From contig OY969474.1 of NCBI GenBank assembly GCA_963700145.1, positions 5,312,001-5,376,000 of the forward strand: a stretch of 64,000 bases of DNA, in the 5' to 3' direction. The DNA comes from an uncultured Acidobacteriota bacterium (lineage in GTDB: Bacteria > Acidobacteriota > Thermoanaerobaculia > Multivoradales > UBA5704). Made by a program: the position numbers and the translations under genes. Each line of letters starts with the position of its first letter. Positions within the stretch are counted from its first letter, which is position 1. Below are positions 1 to 10,114 of this stretch, piece after piece. Below the pieces are notes generated by a model. The model was not told where the DNA came from, searched no databases, and saw only the letters and a program-made list of their open reading frames with translations.

Positions 1-2
1 AC

Positions 3-1130
3 GCCGATATCCCGTCGCCCCGCCTGTACATCCAATACCCTATTCACGAAGTCGAGTTGCCGCCTGGCGTACAGGAGGCGGTCGACAGGTTATCGCTCCC
101 GGCACAGGTCGGGACGGTCTTAGATGACGGCTCCGAAGCTAGACACCGTCCCGTCCTCGAACTCGATGTCACACCACCGCCGCCGCCCTTCGCAGGCATT
201 GACTGGGACAACCTGCCGCGTCTGCCCTTCGGCTTCCGTGGCGCCTCGGTAGCTGAGCTCCAGGCCGCCGCCGAAGCCCTCGCGAGCCCCCCACTGCTCC
301 AGGAGTTTGCCGGCACCTCTGTGGACGGGCGCGACCTCTGTGTCAAACGCCAGAGGGACAGCGGCGCGTTCGTCGTGAGCTGGCGGCCGCGAGGCGGCGC
401 CGGCCTGGCGCCCGCTGGGGTCGGGCTCGGCTCCGGAGAGGCTTTAACCGAGCTGTTCGAGGTCTTCGGTCTAAGCGGAGAACAGTGGACTGCGGGCGTG
501 AGCGCCGTCCCGGACGTGCACCCCATCACGCCGCTCGTCAAGGCCCTCACGATGCAAATCGACGGCGTGTCCGAGAGCAATGCGGTGACAGGAGGGCTAG
601 GAGCCGGTGAGATAGACCGTCGCACCAAGTGTTTCTACCTGGCCCTTGAGGGGATCGTTAAGGTTCAAGGCGTTCGATACCCCGTCCTTGGGCAGGGCGC
701 TGAGTGGCTGTTCGCCTATTGTCCACGCGGTGCCGTTCCACCCCCTGCGGCAGCAGATCCTGGGGCTTGCGAGCGTTCGGTCCCGCCCGTCTTGACCGCC
801 GCCTGGGTCGGCCGACGCATTGTCGCTTCCTTACCGGAGGCGACCATCAGCCTGGAGGCTGCGCGGACGCGGGCGCGCGAGGAGCTGGGTGAGCGCGAAC
901 CCGTCGAAGCTTACGAAGAGCAGTCTCACCGCTTCGGATACAAAGCCGCGCCGGTGCACTGCTCTCAGCGCTTCATGTACCTCGTCCACGAGTTCGACTT
1001 CGTCCCCAAGCCGGATGACCGGTTCTCGGACTTCCCGGAGATCACGATCGAGGTGCCGGCGCATCGGATGAACAGCCGGGGGATTGAAGACACGTGGCAA
1101 TGCTCCCCGGAAACGGGGAACAACGGCTAG
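3..1130 (+). CDS. Hypothetical protein, 5'-truncated by window edge
   Basis: Frame is open from position 3 (ADIPSPRLYIQYP...) through the ORF-track 57..1130 to TAG. Protein-like composition; no family recognised. Confidence 0.65.
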   Translation, partial: ADIPSPRLYIQYPIHEVELPPGVQEAVDRLSLPAQVGTVLDDGSEARHRPVLELDVTPPPPPFAGIDWDNLPRLPFGFRGASVAELQAAAEALASPPLLQEFAGTSVDGRDLCVKRQRDSGAFVVSWRPRGGAGLAPAGVGLGSGEALTELFEVFGLSGEQWTAGVSAVPDVHPITPLVKALTMQIDGVSESNAVTGGLGAGEIDRRTKCFYLALEGIVKVQGVRYPVLGQGAEWLFAYCPRGAVPPPAAADPGACERSVPPVLTAAWVGRRIVASLPEATISLEAARTRAREELGEREPVEAYEEQSHRFGYKAAPVHCSQRFMYLVHEFDFVPKPDDRFSDFPEITIEVPAHRMNSRGIEDTWQCSPETGNNG

Positions 1131-1138
1131 AGGGATGC

Positions 1139-2881
1139 TCACCGCGAGGGCGGCAGCTCCGCCGGCGCCCGCTCCAGGTTGGCGCAGCCGAGAGCCTCGC
1201 CGCCTTCGCAGGCGTAGCGATAGAGGGCGGCGGCGCGGCCGTGGTCCTGGATGACGCCGTTGCCTTCGGCGTGCATCGTGCCCAGGTTGACGCAGGCCAG
1301 CAGGTCGCCGGCGTCGCAGGCCCGCTGGTAGAGGTCGGCGGCGCGGTAGGCGTCCTGCGGCAGGCCCAGGCCGTCGGCGTAGCGGACCGCCAGGTTGTAG
1401 CAGCCGCGCGCCTCGCCGCCGTCGCAGGCGCGGCGGTAGAGGGCGACGGCGCGGGCCTCGTCGGCCGGCACGCCGCTCCCCGTCGCCGCCATCACCCCGA
1501 GGTTGACGCAGCCGCGCGCCTCGCCTCCTTCGCACGCAGTCTCGTAGAGCGCCGCCGCCCGCGCCGGGTCGCGCCCGACGCCGGTGCCGTCGTCGTAGAG
1601 CACCGCCAGCTCGTGGCAGGCCTCCGCGTCGCCGGCGTTGCAGGCGCGGCGGAAGCGGGCGGCAACGCCGGAGACGTCGGCGGGCTCTTCGGCGGCGCCC
1701 TCCTCCGAGAGCAGGATCAGGTTGCGGCAGGCCAGCGTGTGGCCCCCCTCGCAGGCGCGGCGGAAGAGCGCGGCGGCGCGGCGCTCGTCCTGGGGAACGC
1801 CGTCGCCGGCCGCCAGGAGATCGGCGAAGTTGGCGCAGCCGAGGGCCTCGCCGGCGGCGCAGCTGCGCTCGAACAGCGCGGCGGCGGCGGCCTTGTCGGC
1901 GGCCATGCCGTGCCCGTCGCGCTGGAAGATCCCGAGGTTGAAGCAGCCCTTGGGATCGCCCGGCCGGCAGGGCGCCCCTTCGCAGCCGCGGCGGTAGAAG
2001 CCCGCGGCCCAGACCTCGTCGCGCGGCGTGCCCACCCCATGTTCGTAGAGGTAGCCCAGGTTGGTGCAGGCGAGCGAGCTGCCGCCTTCGCAGGCGCGGG
2101 TGTAGCCGAGGAGCGCCAGCGCGGGGTCGGCCCGTACGCCGCGCCCCTTCTCGTACATCAGGCCGACGTTGAAGCAGGCCGAGGCGTTGCCGCCGTCGCA
2201 GCCCCGGCGGTAGAGGTCGGTGGCGAGGCGGTCGTCGGCGGGCCCGCCGCGGCCGGTGGCGTGGAGGAAGGCGAGATGGGTGCAGCCGGCGGCGTCGCCG
2301 CCGTCGCAGGCGCGCTCGGCGAGGAGCCGCGCCCGCGGCTCGTCGCGCGGGACGCCCTTGCCGTCGAGAGCGAGGAGGGCGAGGTCGGCGCAGGCCGCGG
2401 CGTGGCCGTCGGTGCAGGCGTCGAAGAAGATCTCGCCGGCGCGCTTGGCGTCCTCGGAGACGCCGCGGCCTTCGAGGTGGAGGTGGCCCAGGCGGTGGCA
2501 GCTTGCGGCGCGGTCGGCGTCGCAGCCGTGGGTGGCGAGGGCGACGGCGTTCGCCAGGCGCACGGTCCTCTCCATGCTCTTGCCGCCGCGCTGCACGGCG
2601 AGCCGCACCTCGTCCCCTGGCCGCCGCTCGGCAAGCGCCTGCTCCAGCTCGCAGACGGTCGCGACCGGCCGCCCGTCGAGGCTCTCGAGGAGGTCCCCGC
2701 CGCGCAGCCCGGCGCGCTCGGCCGGCCCCTCCGCCTCCACCTCCGCCAGCGCCACCCCGCCCCCCTCCTCCAGATCCCGCCCCTCCGCCCCCAACGTCGC
2801 CGGCCCGTCGCCGGACTCCAGCTCACCCCCGGAGCAGGCGAGCGCGAGGAGCAGGCAGAGCGAGAGATGGAAGCGGCTCAT
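1139..2881 (-). CDS. Secreted/lipoprotein with PDZ domain and many Sel1-like repeats
   Basis: N-terminal LLALAC lipobox-like motif. PDZ signature (GPAERAGLRGGDLLESLDG). Repeated 'C-x-NLG-x-Y--G-GV--D---A--LY--AC-GG' Sel1 units. Confidence 0.9.
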   Translation of the reverse strand: MSRFHLSLCLLLALACSGGELESGDGPATLGAEGRDLEEGGGVALAEVEAEGPAERAGLRGGDLLESLDGRPVATVCELEQALAERRPGDEVRLAVQRGGKSMERTVRLANAVALATHGCDADRAASCHRLGHLHLEGRGVSEDAKRAGEIFFDACTDGHAAACADLALLALDGKGVPRDEPRARLLAERACDGGDAAGCTHLAFLHATGRGGPADDRLATDLYRRGCDGGNASACFNVGLMYEKGRGVRADPALALLGYTRACEGGSSLACTNLGYLYEHGVGTPRDEVWAAGFYRRGCEGAPCRPGDPKGCFNLGIFQRDGHGMAADKAAAAALFERSCAAGEALGCANFADLLAAGDGVPQDERRAAALFRRACEGGHTLACRNLILLSEEGAAEEPADVSGVAARFRRACNAGDAEACHELAVLYDDGTGVGRDPARAAALYETACEGGEARGCVNLGVMAATGSGVPADEARAVALYRRACDGGEARGCYNLAVRYADGLGLPQDAYRAADLYQRACDAGDLLACVNLGTMHAEGNGVIQDHGRAAALYRYACEGGEALGCANLERAPAELPPSR

Positions 2882-2950
2882 CGGGTGCCGGGTGGGGTAG
2901 GATCCGTCGCCGGTCCGCTCATCCTACCGAAGGCCCCCCGCGAGAGATCC

Positions 2951-5743
2951 ATGCCGAAACGTAGCTCCGCGTCGATCCTGTTGCTGCCTGCGCTGTTGGT
3001 GGCGCCGGAGATCGCCTGTGCCAACGGAGGCGCGCCGCTCGTGGAGCCGCGGGAGGTGCATCTCGGCGACCTGCGGCAGCTCACGCACGGGGGCGAGAAC
3101 GCCGAGGCGTACTGGTCGCCGGGCGGCAAGGAGCTGGTGTTCCAGGCGCGGGGGCTGGACGAAGGGTGCGACCGGATTTATCGAATGAATGTCGATGGCG
3201 GCGGCGCGCCGGTGCCGGTCTCGAGCGGCGCCGGGCGTACGACCTGCGCTTACTTCACCGCCGACGGCTCGCGCGTCCTCTACTCCTCGACCCACCTCGT
3301 CGCCGGCGACGCCTGCCCCGCTCCTCCCGACCGCGCGCAGGGCTACGTCTGGCCGGTCTACGAGAGCTACGAGATCCTCCTCGCGCGCCCCGACGGCTCC
3401 GAGCCGGTGCGCCTGACCGAGAACGCCGCCTACGACGCCGAGTCGACCGTCTGCGCCAAGGACGGCTCGATCGTCTTCACCTCGACGCGCGACGGCGACC
3501 TCGAGCTCTACCGCATGGACGCCGACGGCAAGAACGTGCGCCGGCTGACCGACGCTCCCGGCTACGACGGCGGCGCCTTCTTCTCGCCCGACTGCTCCAG
3601 GATCGTCTGGCGTGCCTCGCGGCCGCGCGAAGGCGCCGAGCTCGACGACTACCGCGGCCTCCTCGCGCAAGGCCTCGTCCGCCCCGGCAAGCTCGAGCTC
3701 TGGACCGCCGAGGCCGACGGCTCCGAGGCGCGCCAGATCACCTACCTCGGCGCCGCTTCCTTCGCCCCCTCCTTCTTCCCCTCGGGCCAGCGGGTGATCT
3801 TCTCCTCCAACACTGGCGACCCGCAGGGGCGGGAGTTCGACCTCTGGGCGGTCAACCTCGACGGCAGCGGCCTCGAGCGGATCACCTGGACGCCGGGGTT
3901 CGACGGCTTCCCGATGTTCTCGCCGGACGGCACGCGGCTGGCCTTCGCCTCGAACCGCAACCAGGCTAAACCGGGGGAGACGAATGTCTTCGTCGCGCGA
4001 TGGGTTGATCTCACCGCCCCCGGCCCCCCGGGGGCGCCCCCTCCCGGCTCTACGGCAGCCGCTTCGCCTGCCGACCGGTTTGCCGCCGACGTCCGCTGGC
4101 TCGCCGCCGACGCCCGCGAGGGGCGGGGCATCGGCACGCGCGGCCTCGCCGAGGCGGCCGATTGGCTGGCCGCCCGCTTCGCGGCGCTCGGTCTCGAGCC
4201 GGCCGGCGACGAGGGGGGCTTCTTCCACCGCTTCGAGGTGCCGGTCGAGGTCGCGGTGGGGGAGGGAACCGAGGTCGCCATCGACGGCGCCGCCGTCGCG
4301 CGCGCCGATCTCCAGCCGGCCGGCTTCTCGGCCACGCACGCCGTGATCGCGCCGGTGGTCGCTGCCGGCTACGGCATCACCGCCGGCGAGCTGGGGGTCG
4401 ACGATTACACCGGCCTGGACGCGCGCGGCAGGGTGGTCGCCGTCCGCCGCTTCACCCCCGAGAGCGGCCCGTTCGCCGGTGACGAGGCGCAGCGCCGCTA
4501 CGGCGACCTGCGCTACAAGGCCTGGAACGCCCGCGAGCACGGCGCGGTGGCGCTCCTCGTCGTCGATCTTCCGCTTCCCGCCGAGCCCGGCGCCGAGCTG
4601 CCGGCCGAGGCGCCTCTCCCCGAGCCGCGCGTCGAAGGGTTCGGCGCCGAGGGGGACGCGGGCATCCCCGTGGTCTTCCTCTCCCGCGCCGCCGGCGCAC
4701 GCCTCTTCGACTTCGGCGTCGAGCGCGAGGCGCGGGTGGCCGTCGAGCTGGCGCGCCGGACCGAGCCGGCCGTCAACGTGGTCGGCGTGCTGCGCGGCCG
4801 CGAGCGCGCCGCGCCCGTTCTCGTCGGCGCCCACTACGACCATGTCGGCCTCGGCGGCCCGGGGTCGCTGGAGCCCGACGCCAAGGAGCCGCACAACGGC
4901 GCCGACGACAACGCCTCGGGCACCGCCGGGCTGCTCGAGATCGCCCGCCTCCTCGCCGAGCGCCGCGGCGAGCTCGGGCGCGACGTCTGGTTCGTGGCCT
5001 TCTCCGGCGAGGAGCGCGGCGTCCTCGGCTCGACCGCCTTCGTCCGCCGGCCGCCCACCGGGCTGGCGCCGGACGCTCTTCTCGCCATGCTCAACCTCGA
5101 CATGGTGGGGCGGCTGCGCGGCAACAAGCTGACGATCCTGGGCGGCGAGTCGGCCGACGAATGGCCGGCGCTGGTGCCGCCGGTGTGCGAGAAGGCCGGC
5201 CTCGCGTGCAGCCTCTCCGGCGACGGCTACGGGCCCTCGGACCACACGCCGTTCTACGCCGCCGGGGTGCCGATCCTCCATTTCTTCACCGGCACCCACC
5301 CCGACTACCACCGGCCAAGCGACGACGCCGAGCGCGTCAACGCCGCCGGCGGGGCGCGGGTGGCGGCGGTCGTCGCCGACGTCGCCGCCGAGCTCTCCCG
5401 CCGACCCGCCGCGCTGACCTACCGCGCCACTCCGTCGCCGCCGCCGCAAGGCGACGTCCGCAGCTACGGCGCCTCCCTCGGCACCGTCCCCGACTACGCC
5501 GGCGACGGCCGCCCCGGGGTGCTCCTGGCCGGCGTCCGCCCCGGGAGCCCTGCCGAGACGGGGGGTTTGCGCAGGGGCGACCTCCTGGTCGAGCTCCGCG
5601 GCTCGCCGATCCAGACCATCCACGACCTGATGTTCGTGCTCCGCGCCGCCAAGCCGGGGGAGAAGGCGACAGCGGTCGTCGAGCGCGACGGGAAGCGCCT
5701 CAGCTTGGAGGTGGTCTTCGGCGAAGGCCGCCGCATGCGGTAA
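2951..5743 (+). CDS. TolB-like (PD40) propeller + PA + M28 peptidase + PDZ fusion protein
   Basis: ATG at 2951 with signal peptide. PD40 repeats (GENAEAYWSP, GYDGGAFFSPD, GFDGFPMFSPDG). M28 motifs GAHYDH, GADDNASG, FSGEE, SDH. C-terminal PDZ. Confidence 0.92.
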   Translation: MPKRSSASILLLPALLVAPEIACANGGAPLVEPREVHLGDLRQLTHGGENAEAYWSPGGKELVFQARGLDEGCDRIYRMNVDGGGAPVPVSSGAGRTTCAYFTADGSRVLYSSTHLVAGDACPAPPDRAQGYVWPVYESYEILLARPDGSEPVRLTENAAYDAESTVCAKDGSIVFTSTRDGDLELYRMDADGKNVRRLTDAPGYDGGAFFSPDCSRIVWRASRPREGAELDDYRGLLAQGLVRPGKLELWTAEADGSEARQITYLGAASFAPSFFPSGQRVIFSSNTGDPQGREFDLWAVNLDGSGLERITWTPGFDGFPMFSPDGTRLAFASNRNQAKPGETNVFVARWVDLTAPGPPGAPPPGSTAAASPADRFAADVRWLAADAREGRGIGTRGLAEAADWLAARFAALGLEPAGDEGGFFHRFEVPVEVAVGEGTEVAIDGAAVARADLQPAGFSATHAVIAPVVAAGYGITAGELGVDDYTGLDARGRVVAVRRFTPESGPFAGDEAQRRYGDLRYKAWNAREHGAVALLVVDLPLPAEPGAELPAEAPLPEPRVEGFGAEGDAGIPVVFLSRAAGARLFDFGVEREARVAVELARRTEPAVNVVGVLRGRERAAPVLVGAHYDHVGLGGPGSLEPDAKEPHNGADDNASGTAGLLEIARLLAERRGELGRDVWFVAFSGEERGVLGSTAFVRRPPTGLAPDALLAMLNLDMVGRLRGNKLTILGGESADEWPALVPPVCEKAGLACSLSGDGYGPSDHTPFYAAGVPILHFFTGTHPDYHRPSDDAERVNAAGGARVAAVVADVAAELSRRPAALTYRATPSPPPQGDVRSYGASLGTVPDYAGDGRPGVLLAGVRPGSPAETGGLRRGDLLVELRGSPIQTIHDLMFVLRAAKPGEKATAVVERDGKRLSLEVVFGEGRRMR

Positions 5744-5802
5744 ACCCCCCGCCGTTTTCTGCGTATCAAGCTCGCACGCCGCAAACTAGGAGAAGCCTCG
5801 CC

Positions 5803-7662
5803 ATGACGAAGACCCTGCCGCTCGCCTGCGCCCTGTTGCTGGCCGCCGGCGCCGCCGTTGCCGCCCCCCCGCGCACCGTCGCCCCCGAGTTCAAGCCCAA
5901 GCTCGAGCAGTTCATCGCCGCCAAGGGGAGCAAGCCGCCCACTCAATCCGATACCGAGCGCCTTAAGGAGCTGTTCGCGATCTACTGGGACTTCGCGATG
6001 CACGAGCACCCGGAGTTCGCCACTTACGTCGGCTTCCCCGGCCAGAACGACCGCTGGACCGACCAGTCGCTGGCCGCGCAGGAGGCGCGGGACGCCCTCC
6101 TGCCGCTCGCCGCCCGGGCGTTGGAGTCGGTCGACCGCGCCAAGCTCTCGGAGGCCGACCGCGTCAACTACGACCTCTTCCAGCGCGAAGTCCAGAGCGC
6201 CGTCGAGGGGGACCGCTTCCCCGGCGAGTACCTGGCGATCAACCAGATGGGCGGCGTGCAGCAGGGGCCGGCCGACATGCTGGTGCAGATGCCGAAGACC
6301 AACCTGCAGCAGGCCGAGGACATCCTCGCCCGCCTGCGCGAGGTGCCGACGGTCGTCGAGCAGACGCTGGTCCTGCTCGAGAAGGGCCTCGCTGCCGGCG
6401 TCACGCCGCCGCGCGTCACCCTGCGCGACGTGCCGCAGCAGGTGCAGAATCTGTTGACCGACGACCCGGCCGCCAGCCCGCTCCTCGAGGCCTTCAAGGA
6501 GCTGCCCGAATCGATCCCCGCAGCGGATCAGGAGCGCCTCCGGCGCGAGGCCGCCGAGGCCTTCACCACGCGTATCCGCCCGGCCTACGAGAAGCTGCAC
6601 GCGTATCTCGTCGGGACTTACATCCCCGGCTCGCGCGAGACGATCGGCATGAACGCCCTGCCCGACGGCCAGGCTTGGTACGCCTTCAACGCCGAGCAGT
6701 CCACGACCACCGACCTGACGCCGCAGCAGATCCACGAGCTCGGCCTCTCCGAGGTCAAGCGCATCCGCGGCGAGATGGACGCGGTCATCGCCAAGACCGG
6801 CTTCAAGGGGAGCTTCGCGGAGTTCTTGACCTTCCTGCGCACCGACCCGCAGTTCTTCTTCGACAAGCCCGAGGACCTGATCGCCGCCTACCGTGAGGTC
6901 GCCAAGCGCGCCGACCCCGAGCTGATCAAGCTCTTCGGCAAGCTGCCGCGCCTGCCGTACGGCGTCATCCCGGTCCCCGCCTACGCCGAGAAGTCGCAGA
7001 CCACGGCCTACTACAACGCCGGCTCGCTCGACGCCGCGCGCCCGGCCTACTTCTACGCCAACACCTACGACCTCAAGTCGCGCCCGAAGTGGGAGATGGA
7101 GGCGCTGACCCTGCACGAGGCGGTGCCGGGGCACCATCTGCAGATCGCCATCGCGCAGGAGCTCGAGGACGTGCCGGCCTGGCGGCGCTATCAGGGCTAC
7201 ACCGCCTTCGTCGAGGGCTGGGGCCTCTACGCCGAGAGCCTGGGCGAGGAGATGGGCTTCTACAAGGACCCCTACGCCAAGTTCGGGCAGCTCACCTACG
7301 AGATGTGGCGCGCCGTCCGCCTGGTGGTGGACACCGGCATGCACTCCCTGGGCTGGACGCGCGAGCAGGCGATCGACTTCTTCAAGCAGAACGCCGGCAA
7401 AGCCGAGCACGACATCACCGTCGAGGTGGACCGCTACATCGTCTGGCCCGGGCAGGCGCTGGCCTACAAGATCGGCGAGCTCAAGATCAAGGAGCTGCGC
7501 GCCAAGGCCGAGAAGGCGCTGGGGGCGAAGTTCGACGTCCGAGCCTTCCACGACGAGGTGCTGGGCAACGGCGCCGTGCCGCTCGCCGTGCTGGAGAGCA
7601 ACATCGACGAGTGGATCGCCGGCGGCGGCGCGGCGGCCGCCGCCGACGCCTCGGCGCCGTAG
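5803..7662 (+). CDS. DUF885 family secreted protein
   Basis: AGGAG then ATG at 5803, signal peptide. HEAVPGHHLQ, EGWGLYAE, RLVVDTGMH and PGQALAYKIG motifs. Confidence 0.93.
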   Translation: MTKTLPLACALLLAAGAAVAAPPRTVAPEFKPKLEQFIAAKGSKPPTQSDTERLKELFAIYWDFAMHEHPEFATYVGFPGQNDRWTDQSLAAQEARDALLPLAARALESVDRAKLSEADRVNYDLFQREVQSAVEGDRFPGEYLAINQMGGVQQGPADMLVQMPKTNLQQAEDILARLREVPTVVEQTLVLLEKGLAAGVTPPRVTLRDVPQQVQNLLTDDPAASPLLEAFKELPESIPAADQERLRREAAEAFTTRIRPAYEKLHAYLVGTYIPGSRETIGMNALPDGQAWYAFNAEQSTTTDLTPQQIHELGLSEVKRIRGEMDAVIAKTGFKGSFAEFLTFLRTDPQFFFDKPEDLIAAYREVAKRADPELIKLFGKLPRLPYGVIPVPAYAEKSQTTAYYNAGSLDAARPAYFYANTYDLKSRPKWEMEALTLHEAVPGHHLQIAIAQELEDVPAWRRYQGYTAFVEGWGLYAESLGEEMGFYKDPYAKFGQLTYEMWRAVRLVVDTGMHSLGWTREQAIDFFKQNAGKAEHDITVEVDRYIVWPGQALAYKIGELKIKELRAKAEKALGAKFDVRAFHDEVLGNGAVPLAVLESNIDEWIAGGGAAAAADASAP

Positions 7663-7680
7663 GGCCGCGCGCCTGCGGCC
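7659..7680 (+). repeat. Short GTAG-type REP-like hairpin between convergent genes
   Basis: GTAG-GGCCGC-gcgcct-GCGGCC. Confidence 0.4.
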
Positions 7681-8174
7681 TAGTGGAAGCGGAGACCGAC
7701 GGCGATGACCGCCTCGGTCTCGTCGGCGATCACGAACTTCCCCTGCACGTAGGGGCGGATCGCGCCGCGCTTGGCGCCCGCCCCGGCGATCAGGTTGAGG
7801 CCGATCTCGGTGTCGTCCTCGTTGAGGCGCTGCAGGCGGGGGTCGTCGAACTCGCGGAAGATCACCGCCAGGCCGCCGCCGGCCCAGATCGCCAGCGGGG
7901 TCTCGACGTCGAAGTCGTAGTGCGCGTCGGCGTTGAGCGTCCAGAGCGAGCCGTCGTTGACGAAGACGTACTCGAGGTTGGGGTTGAAGAACCACTTGCG
8001 GCTGATGTCGGTGAGCAGCTCGACGCCGATGAACCCCTCTTCCACGTCGGTGTAGAGGCCGGCGCGGACGCCGGGGTCGATGTCGGCGGCGGCGGGCCCG
8101 GGCAGCAAGCACGCCGCGGCCGCGGCGAGCGCCAGGGCCAGGGCGAAGCCTTTCGATCTCTCTCTCGCTCTCAT
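7680..8174 (-). CDS. Small outer-membrane beta-barrel protein
   Basis: AGGAG upstream of ATG 8174. Signal peptide, alternating beta strands, C-terminal VGLRF-H. Confidence 0.8.
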   Translation of the reverse strand: MRARERSKGFALALALAAAAACLLPGPAAADIDPGVRAGLYTDVEEGFIGVELLTDISRKWFFNPNLEYVFVNDGSLWTLNADAHYDFDVETPLAIWAGGGLAVIFREFDDPRLQRLNEDDTEIGLNLIAGAGAKRGAIRPYVQGKFVIADETEAVIAVGLRFH

Positions 8175-8281
8175 CGCAGGTCTCCTTGTCGGTTCGGCTG
8201 CCGGACCGTGCAAGGGGGCTGCCACCCTTATGGCTATTCGTCACTTGAACAGGACGGGGCCGGGGTAGCATCCCCGCCGCC

Positions 8282-9205
8282 GTGGACCTCCACGCCCACT
8301 ACTGGACCGTCGCGCCGCGCCTGCACCACCGCTGGCGGCCGCAGGAGCCGCCGCCCTCGCGGCCCTGGGAGGCGTTCGTCGACGACCCGGCGGTGGGACA
8401 GGTGCGGCTGAGCGGGAGGCTGGCGGCGGAGGACGGGGACGGCGGCGACCTGCTCGTCATCCTCCACGGCATCTCCGGCTGCTGCGACAGCCCCGGCGTG
8501 ATCCGGACGGCGCGCGCCGCGCAGGCGGCCGGGCTCGCGACGCTGCGGCTCAACCTCCGCGGCTCGGACCGGCGGGAGCGCGACTTCTACCACGCCGGCT
8601 TGACCTCCGACCTCCACGCGGCGCTGGCGAGCCCGGAGGTCGCGGGCTTCCGGCGCATCCTGCTGCTCGGCTGGTCGCTCGGCGGTCACCTGGCGCTACG
8701 GCTGGCGACCGAGGACGCGGACCCGCGCCTCGCGGCGGTGGCGGCGGTGTGCGCCCCGCTCGATCTCGCGGTCGCCGTCGAAGCGATCGACCGGCCGGCG
8801 CTCTGGGCCTATCGGCGCTCGGTGCTCGGCGGCCTCAAGGAGATCTATGCCGCCTGCGCCGCCCGCCGGCCGGGGCCGCTGCCGCCGCGCGAAGCGGCGC
8901 GGATCGGCCACCTCAGGGAGTGGGACGAGCGGATCGTGGCGCCGCGCCACGGCTTCGCCGGCGCTTCCGACTACTACGCGCGGACGAGCGTCGGGCCCAT
9001 CCTGGGGAAGCTGCGGCTGCCGGCGCTCTGGCTCGGCGCCGCGCGCGACCCGATGGTGCCGGCGGCGGCGGTGCGGCCGAGCCTCGAGCGCTTCGCCGAC
9101 GGGCGGGTGGACGTGCGCTGGCGCGCGGTCGGCGGCCACTGCGGCTTTCCCGAGCCGGTCGAGGCCGAGGTCATCGCCTGGCTGCGCGGCGCCGGGTCAG
9201 CCTGA
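8282..9205 (+). CDS. YheT-like alpha/beta hydrolase
   Basis: LHGISG, FYHAGLTSDL, GWSLGG nucleophile motif, DPMVP and GGHCGF. Confidence 0.88.
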   Translation: MDLHAHYWTVAPRLHHRWRPQEPPPSRPWEAFVDDPAVGQVRLSGRLAAEDGDGGDLLVILHGISGCCDSPGVIRTARAAQAAGLATLRLNLRGSDRRERDFYHAGLTSDLHAALASPEVAGFRRILLLGWSLGGHLALRLATEDADPRLAAVAAVCAPLDLAVAVEAIDRPALWAYRRSVLGGLKEIYAACAARRPGPLPPREAARIGHLREWDERIVAPRHGFAGASDYYARTSVGPILGKLRLPALWLGAARDPMVPAAAVRPSLERFADGRVDVRWRAVGGHCGFPEPVEAEVIAWLRGAGSA

Positions 9206-10060
9206 GCGGAGCAGCGCCGCCAGCGTCTCGATGCCGTCCACCAGTCGCGGGCCGGGGCGGCTGAAGCAGCCGTTGGCGTCGACCGGGAAGACCCGCCCGG
9301 CGCGCACCGCCCGCAGCTCTTCCCACTCCGGCCGGCCGCTCATCGCCGCGATCTGCGCCCGGGCGCCCTCCTCGTCGAAGCCGCAGGGCATCGCCACGAT
9401 GACGTCGGGGTCGGTGGCGCGGACCTCCTCCCAGGTCAGCCGCCGCGACGGGCCGCCGGGAGAGGCGGCGGCGTCGCTGCCGCCGGCGAGAGCGACCATC
9501 TCCGGCACCCAGTGGCCGCCGGCGAACGGCGGGTCGAGCCATTCGAGCGCCAGGACGCGCGGCCTGGGGCGGCCGGCCGCCATGGCGCGGAGCGCGGCGA
9601 GCCGTTCTTCGAGCTGCCCGACCAGCGCCGCGGCCTCCGCCGCGCGCCCGACGGCGGCGCCGACGCGGCGGATGTCGGCGAAGACCTCGGCGAGCGTCCG
9701 CGGATCGAGCGACAGCAGCTCCGGGCAGCGGGGGAGGGGCTGGATGGCGCCGTCCACCTGCGCCGTCGAGACGGCGCAGACCGGGCAGAGCTCCTGCGTG
9801 ACGATGAGGTCGGGGGCGAGGTCGGCGATCCGCGCCTCGTCGAGCGTGTAGAGGCTGGCGCCGCTCCCCACCTGCGCCGACACCGCCTGGTCCACCTCCG
9901 CGGCGGACATCCCGGCGGCCAGCGCGCTGCCGGTGAGCGCCGGCCGCCGCCGCGCCTCGGCGGGGTAGTCGCACTCGTGGCTCACCCCAACGACCATGTC
10001 GCCGGCGCCGACCGCGAAGAGGATCTCCGTGCCGTTGGGCACCAGCGAGACGATGCGCAC
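9197..10060 (-). CDS. Cobalamin/Fe-siderophore ABC substrate-binding protein (BtuF-like)
   Basis: MRIVSLVP-TEILFA, GVSHECDYP, TQELCPVCAV, LEWLDPPF-GGHWVPEM and FSRPGPRL. Confidence 0.88.
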   Translation of the reverse strand: MRIVSLVPNGTEILFAVGAGDMVVGVSHECDYPAEARRRPALTGSALAAGMSAAEVDQAVSAQVGSGASLYTLDEARIADLAPDLIVTQELCPVCAVSTAQVDGAIQPLPRCPELLSLDPRTLAEVFADIRRVGAAVGRAAEAAALVGQLEERLAALRAMAAGRPRPRVLALEWLDPPFAGGHWVPEMVALAGGSDAAASPGGPSRRLTWEEVRATDPDVIVAMPCGFDEEGARAQIAAMSGRPEWEELRAVRAGRVFPVDANGCFSRPGPRLVDGIETLAALLRSG

Positions 10061-10114
10061 GGCGGCGGAGCATAGCCGCTCCGGCGGGCGGCCCTGGTAC
10101 GATCGCGACCTCTC

